DNA of 64,000 nucleotides from an uncultured Cytophagales bacterium (GTDB lineage Bacteria; Bacteroidota; Bacteroidia; Cytophagales; Amoebophilaceae): NCBI GenBank assembly GCA_963705385.1, contig OY970075.1, positions 381,673 to 445,672 of the forward strand, read 5' to 3'. Shown piece by piece: positions 57,313 to 64,000 of this stretch (position 1 is its first letter; each line of letters starts with the position of its first letter). The notes under the pieces were generated by a model. It saw only the letters and a program-made list of their open reading frames with translations, ran no database searches and was not told where the DNA came from. The position numbers and the translations under genes were made by a program.

Positions 57313-58008
57313 TTATGCATTGTTCTCTTCTCCGCTAGTATGCAACACTGGCCTACGCATGCTTGTTCTTTCTAAAGCTTTTTCATAGCGCCATTGCTCA
57401 ATAGCCTTGGCATTGCCAGATAACAACACAGAAGGTACTTCCATTCCCTGAAAATTGGCAGGTCTTGTATAAGCAGGAGGGGCAATCAAGGTATCTTGGA
57501 AAGAGTCTGTCAGGGCCGAGGTTTCGTCTGACAACACTCCAGGAATTAACCTAATAACAGCATCCAACAATACAGCTGCTGCTAACTCGCCGCCGGAAAG
57601 AACATAGTCGCCAATACTAACTTCTCGTGTAAAAAAATGCTGTCTCACCCTCTCATCTACGCCTTTATAATGGCCACATAGAATGACCATGCTTTCTTTC
57701 ATAGAGAGTTCATTGACCAGCTTTTGGGTAAGCTGTACTCCGTCAGGAGCCATATATATAAATTCTTGGTAGTTTACTTTTTCTTTGAGTGCGTTGATAC
57801 AGCGGAAGATAGGCTCTATCATCAATAACATGCCCCCGCCCCCACCATATAGGTAATCATCTACCCTTCGGTGTTTGTCTGTTGTGTAATCCCTTAAATC
57901 ATGGATATATATTTCTACCCTACCCTGATCAATAGCTCTTTTAATGATAGAGTGTGCAAAAGGGCTTGCCAAAAGCTGTGGCAAACAGGTGATAATATCA
58001 ACTCTCAT
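57313..58008 (-). CDS. trmD: tRNA (guanine37-N1)-methyltransferase
   Basis: MRVDIITCLPQLL..., GGGGMLLMIEP and IGDYVLSGGELAA motifs. Confidence 0.95.
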   Translation of the reverse strand: MRVDIITCLPQLLASPFAHSIIKRAIDQGRVEIYIHDLRDYTTDKHRRVDDYLYGGGGGMLLMIEPIFRCINALKEKVNYQEFIYMAPDGVQLTQKLVNELSMKESMVILCGHYKGVDERVRQHFFTREVSIGDYVLSGGELAAAVLLDAVIRLIPGVLSDETSALTDSFQDTLIAPPAYTRPANFQGMEVPSVLLSGNAKAIEQWRYEKALERTSMRRPVLHTSGEENNA

Positions 58009-58037
58009 AGGGAGGCCCAGGCTATTAGGGGGTTGGG

Positions 58038-58111
58038 TAGCGAGGGGGGGAATTGAACCCCCGACCTCCGGGTTATGAATCCGACGCTCTAACCATCTGA
58101 GCTACCTCGCC
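58038..58111 (-). tRNA. tRNA with CAU anticodon (Met, or Ile2 if lysidine-modified)
   Basis: The reverse complement is GGCGAGGTAGCTCAGATGGTTAGAGCGTCGGATTCATAACCCGGAGGTCGGGGGTTCAATTCCCCCCCTCGCTA. The anticodon loop is TTCATAA, the 1-72 pair is G-U, and there is one mismatch in the anticodon stem. Confidence 0.8.
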
Positions 58112-58226
58112 AAAAACAGACCCATTATACGAAATTTGTGTCAGCCCACAACGCCCAAACTGAATATTTCGCCAGATTTGTGCCCTAGGATACCCGAGCA
58201 CTTCCTGGTTCATTAGCCCATACAGT

Positions 58227-59792
58227 ATGAAAAAAGTTGATAAACTCATCCTTGGTCCATTTTTAAAGCTTTTTGTACTTAATTTTTTCGTGGTACTATT
58301 TGTACTGCTGATGCAGTTTTTTCTCATTTATTTTGATGAATTGATCGGCAAGGGATTAGGAATGGATGTGTATATGCAGTTGTCCTTTTACTTCATCATT
58401 AGTGCAACACCAAAAACCTTTCCTTTGGCTATACTAGTTGCTTCTATTGTTTCCTTGGGAAACCTCGGGGAACATTGTGAGCTAATAGCTCTGAAAAGCG
58501 CAGGTATCTCGCTTCCAAGGGTCTTAATGCCACTTTTTATTTTTGTAGGCCTATTGAGCATAGCAGTATTTTTCTCTAATAGCTATGTTGTTCCTAAGGC
58601 TACTTTGGAGGCGCTTGGTTTACTACATGACCTGAGAAAAAAGAAGCCCTCTTTGTCTATTAAAGAAGGAATATTTTACGATGGTATTCCCGGCTACAGC
58701 ATCAAAGTCAGTAAGAAGCTTCCTGATCAAAAAACCCTCCAGGGTATTATGATTTATGATCATACCAAGGAAGAAGGTAACGTATCATTGACTATGGCTG
58801 AAACAGGCATGATCTATATGATTCAGGATGAGGCTTATTTAGTGATTGAGTTGTTTAATGGTCGTAACTATATTGAAGAGCCAGCCAAACCAGGCAAATG
58901 CGAAGGAGAAGCTATAGCAGTGCCTCAGCTCTATAGAAGCAGTTTTAAATTTCAGAAACTCGTAATCAGTCTAGAATCATTCAAGCTATCTAGAACAAAG
59001 CAAGAATTTCTCTCTAACTATAGAAAAGCAAAAAATGTCCGACAGCTAGCCACTGAAGCAGCTTCTATGAAGAACAAGGTACGGGAAATTAGGCAGCAGC
59101 TGGAAGCAGACTTTCAGCAAAGTTTGATACAATCGGACAAGCTTGAATCAGCTAATACCATCAAAGAGAAAGTAGCCCCGATAGAAGCAGCCAATATTTT
59201 ACATCTCAAAGCTTACCTCGAGCAACAACAGCTTCGCAAGCAACAGCAAGTCAGCGCAGAGACCGCTCAAGATTTACCTGTAGCCCCTTCTTCACCTTAT
59301 GAGCCAAGCGACCTAGCACCCATCATCAGCAAAGCGCTAGAGCAGGCAAAGAAATTCAAAAACGAACTAATATCGCAGCTAGATGAGATTACATACCTGC
59401 AAAAAAAAATCAATGGCCATGAAATAGAAAAACACAAGATGATATCCTTAGCAGTAAACTGTCTTGTTGTGCTCCTGATTGGAGCATCCCTTGGAGCCAT
59501 CATTAAAAAAGGAGGGTTGGGTGTGCCTGTAATCATTGCTGTATGCCTTATTACCTTTTATTACATCATTGATGTGACAGCGGAAAAGTGGGCCAGCTTA
59601 GGACTTATCAATGCCTTTAGTGGCGCCTGGATTGGCAATTTAGTAGCCATTCCTTTTGGTTTGTTCTTTTTAAGGCAAGCATACAAAGATACTCGCCTGT
59701 TGGAAGCAGATTTTTATGCTGTGTTATGGGAAAGGATCAAAAAGTATGTACATGAAGTCAAATGCCTATGCAGGTTTACTCATAACAGCTAA
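58227..59792 (+). CDS. LptF/LptG-family (YjgP/YjgQ) permease
   Basis: The N-terminus KLILGPFLKLFVLNFFVVLFVLLMQFF is typical. It has three N-terminal and three C-terminal TM helices around a large loop that includes a coiled-coil-like stretch. Confidence 0.8.
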   Translation: MKKVDKLILGPFLKLFVLNFFVVLFVLLMQFFLIYFDELIGKGLGMDVYMQLSFYFIISATPKTFPLAILVASIVSLGNLGEHCELIALKSAGISLPRVLMPLFIFVGLLSIAVFFSNSYVVPKATLEALGLLHDLRKKKPSLSIKEGIFYDGIPGYSIKVSKKLPDQKTLQGIMIYDHTKEEGNVSLTMAETGMIYMIQDEAYLVIELFNGRNYIEEPAKPGKCEGEAIAVPQLYRSSFKFQKLVISLESFKLSRTKQEFLSNYRKAKNVRQLATEAASMKNKVREIRQQLEADFQQSLIQSDKLESANTIKEKVAPIEAANILHLKAYLEQQQLRKQQQVSAETAQDLPVAPSSPYEPSDLAPIISKALEQAKKFKNELISQLDEITYLQKKINGHEIEKHKMISLAVNCLVVLLIGASLGAIIKKGGLGVPVIIAVCLITFYYIIDVTAEKWASLGLINAFSGAWIGNLVAIPFGLFFLRQAYKDTRLLEADFYAVLWERIKKYVHEVKCLCRFTHNS

Positions 59793-60035
59793 CCGCTCTT
59801 CCATATATCCTTGGAATGACGCTTTTTTCGCTCTCAAAGCTAGGTGAAGTGGACACGATAAAGCTTGCTTGACCTATAAACTACTTCGCAGATGCAACAC
59901 ATTTAAAATGCGAGGACCATTGAAGACATGGAATCTTTCAAAAGATTCAGAGAGCTTAAAAAGTTCAAATGTTTGAAAGATGTGGAATATTTCATAGGTT
60001 TGGAGGCGTTTTTGAAATGGATTCAAACAAAAAAG

Positions 60036-60311
60036 ATGAGACTCAACAAAGCAGCAAAAGAAACCCTATTTAAAGAGTTTGGCAATAAAAAATTATCTCA
60101 AGATACTGGCTCAGCAGAATCTCAGGTTGCCCTTTTTACACACAGAATTAAGTTCTTGACAGAGCACCTAGGAACTCACAAAAAGGACAAGTCTTCTAGA
60201 GCAGGGCTGATGAAACTTGTTGGCAAACGCAAGCGATTGCTCTCCTATCTACAAAGAGAAGACCTAGGGCGATACAGAGCAATCGTGGCCAGTCTAGGCC
60301 TAAGAAAGTAG
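60036..60311 (+). CDS. rpsO: 30S ribosomal protein S15
   Basis: [72 protein letters not shown]. At 91 aa this matches S15. The track ORF start at 59928 would add a non-homologous 36-aa extension. Confidence 0.9.
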   Translation: MRLNKAAKETLFKEFGNKKLSQDTGSAESQVALFTHRIKFLTEHLGTHKKDKSSRAGLMKLVGKRKRLLSYLQREDLGRYRAIVASLGLRK

Positions 60312-60530
60312 CCAAAGTAAGTTACACAAAGAAGTACACTAGCTGGCTAAATGGGAACCACAGCTACGCTAACCATAACCAGCCAGGCAGACCTGCGCTT
60401 AGGTGAAATACTACAAGAAAATCCCATCCATACACTCAATAACACCCAAGATCATACCAAATTTAAGTAGCTATCTGTCCTTCACAAACAATCAGCCAAT
60501 GCTGCAAGAAATTTAACAGTATAAATAAGC

Positions 60531-62657
60531 ATGCACATACAACCCATAACCAAGACTTTACGACTCGCCGATAATCGAGAGATTACTATTGAAACAGGTA
60601 AACTGGCCAAGCAAGCAGATGGAGCAGCAGTAGTGAAAATGGGCGACACAATGCTCTTAGCTACTGTAGTAGCCGCGAAAGAACCTGCCGAAGGCATTGA
60701 TTTTTTGCCCATTTATGTAGATTACCAAGAAAAGTTCGCAGCAGCAGGAAAGATTCCTGGTGGCTTTTTGAGACGAGAGGGCAGGTTAGGAGATCATGAA
60801 GTATTGATTGCGCGTTTAGTAGATAGAGCCATTCGTCCACTTTTTCCTAAAGGATACACTACTGAGACGCAAATTAACATTGCCCTTATATCGGCTGACG
60901 AAGAAGTACTGCCCGATACCTTAGCAGCGCTAGCAGCTTCAGCAGCTTTAACTGTTTCCAACATACCTTTTGGAGGACCTATATCCGAGGTACGCGTTGC
61001 TAGCATCGGAGGTCAGCTCTGCATCAATCCAACCCCTCAAGCACTGGAAAAAGCTGACCTTGACTTGATCGTAGGAGCTACTGAGGAAAACATTTTGATG
61101 GTAGAAGGAGAAATGAATGAGGTGCAGGAAGAGGAGATGTTAGCAGCCATACAATTTGCCCATGAGGCTATTAAAGAACAGTGTAAGCTCCAAAAGGAGT
61201 GGGCTGCTGCTGTAGGAGTATTTGAAAAAGTCCCTGTGGCAATATTAGGACATGAGGATCTCAACCTGAGAGCAGTAATCTTTAAGGCACTGTACGATAA
61301 GGTCTACACAGCAGCAAAACAAGGTATCAGCCCTAAAAAAGAACGCAAAGAAATTTTTCGAATAGTAAGGAAAAACTATTTGCAAAGCCTACCAGAAGAC
61401 CAAGAGCTCGATGTTGCATTGTTTGAAAAATATTTCCAGGAACTCGAAAAGCAAGCAATTCGTGACCTAGTTTTGGAAGAAAGTGTGCGCTTAGACGGTA
61501 GAAAACTAGATCAGATACGCGCTATATGGGCAGAGGTAGATTACCTTCCGGCTGCACATGGCTCCTCTATTTTTACCAGAGGTGAAACCCAATCTTTGAC
61601 CACAGTAACACTAGGTAGCAAGCTAGATGAGCAGCTCATCGACCGTGCTACAACAAGCGGCTCCAGTAAATTTATGCTCCATTACAACTTCCCAGGTTTT
61701 TCTACTGGAGAAGTAAAGCCCAACAGGTCTCCCAGTAGAAGAGAGATAGGACATGGTAACTTAGCCATGAGGGCGCTTAAAAAAGTACTTCCTACTGAGG
61801 AAGAAAATCCATATACAATTCGTGTGGTATCTGACATACTCGAATCCAATGGGTCTTCTTCTATGGCTACGGTTTGTGCTGGTTCACTAGCGCTGATGGA
61901 TGCAGGTGTACGCATCAAATCACCAGTATCAGGCATCGCAATGGGGCTAGTAATAGATCCTGAAACCAGGAATTACGCTGTGCTATCAGATATCCTAGGG
62001 GATGAGGACCACCTGGGTGATATGGACTTTAAGGTAGCAGGAACACAAACAGGCATCACTGCATGCCAGATGGATATCAAAGTATCAGGATTATCCTATG
62101 AGATTTTGAAAAAAGCACTAATACAGGCAAGAGCCGGAAGACTACAAATTCTTGCAGCAATGAACCAGGCCCTTGACAAGCCAAGAGCAGACCACAAGCC
62201 GCACGCGCCTAGGATAAAAACCATGACGATATCCAAAAATATGATTGGCGCTGTTATTGGTCCTGGTGGTAAGGTGATTCAGGAAATACAGAAGGAGAGC
62301 GGGGTTACAATTATCATTGAAGAAGAAGAGGGTATAGGCATTGTCAAGTTTTTTGCGCCAGACCTAGAAGCTATCAAAAAAGCGGAGCAACGGGTACAAG
62401 CTATTGTTGCTGAGCCAGTGGTAGGAGTAGTCTATAATGGTATGGTAAAAGAACTCAAAGCCTTTGGTGCTGTTGTAGAGTTTATGCCTGGAAAGAGCGG
62501 ACTGTTGCACATTTCCGAAGTTAAATGGGAGCGTATTGAAAACCTAGAAGGTATCTTAGAGGAAGGTGAAATGATACAAGTCAAACTCACGGAGGTTGAC
62601 TCTAGTACAGGAAGATTTAGGCTCTCTAGAAAAGCTTTATTGCCTAGGCCTAATTAG
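60531..62657 (+). CDS. pnp: polyribonucleotide nucleotidyltransferase (PNPase)
   Basis: 708 aa with two RNase PH domains, a KH domain (IGAVIGPGGKVIQEIQ) and a C-terminal S1 domain. Confidence 0.95.
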   Translation: MHIQPITKTLRLADNREITIETGKLAKQADGAAVVKMGDTMLLATVVAAKEPAEGIDFLPIYVDYQEKFAAAGKIPGGFLRREGRLGDHEVLIARLVDRAIRPLFPKGYTTETQINIALISADEEVLPDTLAALAASAALTVSNIPFGGPISEVRVASIGGQLCINPTPQALEKADLDLIVGATEENILMVEGEMNEVQEEEMLAAIQFAHEAIKEQCKLQKEWAAAVGVFEKVPVAILGHEDLNLRAVIFKALYDKVYTAAKQGISPKKERKEIFRIVRKNYLQSLPEDQELDVALFEKYFQELEKQAIRDLVLEESVRLDGRKLDQIRAIWAEVDYLPAAHGSSIFTRGETQSLTTVTLGSKLDEQLIDRATTSGSSKFMLHYNFPGFSTGEVKPNRSPSRREIGHGNLAMRALKKVLPTEEENPYTIRVVSDILESNGSSSMATVCAGSLALMDAGVRIKSPVSGIAMGLVIDPETRNYAVLSDILGDEDHLGDMDFKVAGTQTGITACQMDIKVSGLSYEILKKALIQARAGRLQILAAMNQALDKPRADHKPHAPRIKTMTISKNMIGAVIGPGGKVIQEIQKESGVTIIIEEEEGIGIVKFFAPDLEAIKKAEQRVQAIVAEPVVGVVYNGMVKELKAFGAVVEFMPGKSGLLHISEVKWERIENLEGILEEGEMIQVKLTEVDSSTGRFRLSRKALLPRPN

Positions 62658-62809
62658 GTAAGCCATAAATAATCAGTGCTTAGTCATAAAAATTAGTGGG
62701 GTAAATAAAAGGTTAGCCCTAATAAACTAAAGGTCAGTTAAGGCATTAGGGTGCCCAATGGAATTGCTTAGAAGAGGGCTTTTTGCATTGAAATCGAAAA
62801 CTTACGTTT

Positions 62810-63673
62810 ATGAGACAACTAAAAATCAGTAAACAGATTACTAACCGCGAAAGCCAATCACTAGACAAATATCTGCAAGAGATTGGTAAGGTAGACCTGC
62901 TGACACCTGAGGAAGAAGTAGACCTGGCCAAACGGATCAGAGCAGGAGATAAATTAGCGCTTGAAAAGCTTACGAAGGCCAACCTCCGCTTCGTTGTCTC
63001 TGTAGCCAAACAATACCAAAACCAAGGGTTGTCACTTAGTGATCTGATCAATGAAGGAAACCTCGGCTTGATCAAAGCAGCCAACAGGTTTGACGAAAAA
63101 AGAGGTTTCAAATTTATTTCTTATGCTGTTTGGTGGATCCGACAACACATACTTCAGTCACTAGCTGAACAAGCAAGGATTGTGCGTTTGCCCCTAAATC
63201 GTGTTGGATCACTCAATAAAATTTCCAGAACCTTTTCTCAGCTGGAGCAAAGATATGAACGTGAGCCTACTGCTCATGAGCTAGCAGAAGAGTTAGAGCT
63301 CACTGTTGATGAGGTAAGTGACACTTTGAAAATATCTGGGAGGCATATTTCAGTAGATGCCCCCTTTGTGCAAGGGGAGGAAAATAGCCTCTTAGACGTA
63401 CTGGAAAATGAGGCTGCAAAAAGGCCAGACGATGAGTTAATGAATGAGTCGCTGCGCAAAGAGATACAGCGTTCCTTATCCTCTCTGACAGAGCGAGAAG
63501 CAGATGTGATCATGCTCTATTTTGGCCTTAATGGGCAACATCCCCTAACCTTAGAAGAAATTGGTGCACGTTTCAGTTTGACCCGAGAGCGCGTACGACA
63601 AATCAAAGAAAAAGGGATTAAAAAACTAAGACAAGTCTCCCTTAGCAAAACACTCAAACCCTACCTTGGGTAG
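62810..63673 (+). CDS. rpoD: RNA polymerase primary sigma factor (short Bacteroidota-type sigma-70)
   Basis: Region 2 is [38 protein letters not shown] and YAVWWIRQ. Region 4.2 is [23 protein letters not shown]. The 287 aa protein has no region 1.1. Confidence 0.9.
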   Translation: MRQLKISKQITNRESQSLDKYLQEIGKVDLLTPEEEVDLAKRIRAGDKLALEKLTKANLRFVVSVAKQYQNQGLSLSDLINEGNLGLIKAANRFDEKRGFKFISYAVWWIRQHILQSLAEQARIVRLPLNRVGSLNKISRTFSQLEQRYEREPTAHELAEELELTVDEVSDTLKISGRHISVDAPFVQGEENSLLDVLENEAAKRPDDELMNESLRKEIQRSLSSLTEREADVIMLYFGLNGQHPLTLEEIGARFSLTRERVRQIKEKGIKKLRQVSLSKTLKPYLG

Positions 63674-63687
63674 CTCACCTTGCTCAT

Positions 63688-64000
63688 ATGACTCAAGAGC
63701 TTATTACCGTGCTTATCATTGGTGCAGGACCTGCTGGCTATACCGCTGCTATTTATGCAGCCAGGGCAGGCCTAAATCCTGTGCTATACCAGGGCTCCCA
63801 GCCTGGAGGCCAGCTCACGACTACCACAGATGTTGAAAATTACCCAGGCTACCCTGAAGGAGTGCAAGGACCACAAATGATGCTGGACTTGCAGCGGCAG
63901 GCAGAAAGATTTGGTACCGTCATCAAAGCAGTTACTGTCACTGCTGTTAACTTTGCTACCTACCCCCATCAAGTCACTATAGACGGTCAGTATACGGCCT
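63688..64000 (+). CDS. trxB: thioredoxin-disulfide reductase, 5' part (runs off the window)
   Basis: VLIIGAGPAGYTAAIYAARAGLNPVLYQG...GGQLTTTTDVENYPGYPEG is the canonical TrxB N-terminus. Confidence 0.88.
   Translation, partial: MTQELITVLIIGAGPAGYTAAIYAARAGLNPVLYQGSQPGGQLTTTTDVENYPGYPEGVQGPQMMLDLQRQAERFGTVIKAVTVTAVNFATYPHQVTIDGQYTA

Noticed and set aside
59928-60035. N-terminal extensions suggested by the ORF track for S15 (59928), L13 (12072), the AraC regulator (57111), the LolD-like ATPase (43962) and the OM-type protein (52918)
   Set aside because: The extra residues have no counterpart in the respective families. Internal starts give canonical lengths, and some of the extensions overlap neighbouring genes.
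60312-60530. Possible regulatory hairpin in the rpsO-pnp spacer (CTGGCT...AGCCAG)
   Set aside because: The stem is only 6 bp with a long loop. An RNase III/PNPase autoregulatory site is plausible from E. coli biology, but I cannot support it from this sequence alone.

Overview
This 64 kb window looks like chromosomal DNA from a Bacteroidota bacterium. The indicators are the rplM-rpsI-rpsB-tsf block, a short 287-aa sigma-70, a DUF5606 gene, Rho with an N-terminal insertion, and LptF/G and MltG/MltD-type genes. All protein calls come from reading motifs in the supplied translations. No database search, HMM or folding program was run.

About 45 apparently intact, mostly housekeeping genes are present: gap, tsf, rpsB, rpsI, rplM, rsmA, tyrS, rluD, polA, mfd, ftsE, obg, adk, serS, rho, prmC, engB, trmD, rpsO, pnp, rpoD and the 5' end of trxB. 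I also found five tRNAs by hand (Glu-UUC, Asn-GUU, Gln-UUG, Arg-UCG, Met/Ile2-CAU) and a small SRP (4.5S) RNA.

Gene decay and mobile-element debris are unusually frequent between these genes:
- an IS6-family element with near-perfect terminal inverted repeats but a broken transposase
- two ~78 bp MITE-like derivatives of that element
- an IS5-like transposase remnant and an IS transposase fragment at the left window edge
- pseudogene fragments of a polysaccharide deacetylase, an LD-carboxypeptidase, a Ppx/GppA phosphatase and a macro-domain protein
- two families of intergenic palindromic hairpins

The standout feature is a ~6.2 kb island at 22.3-28.5 kb that is visibly more GC-rich than its surroundings. 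Read across frames, it encodes one giant NLR-like protein: a lipoprotein-type signal, an uncharacterised N-terminal module, a NACHT/STAND P-loop NTPase, and about 19 tandem HEAT repeats of ~37 aa. It is interrupted by at least a dozen frameshifts and two in-frame stops. The overall pattern fits a host-associated or symbiont-like genome undergoing reductive evolution, but that is inference.
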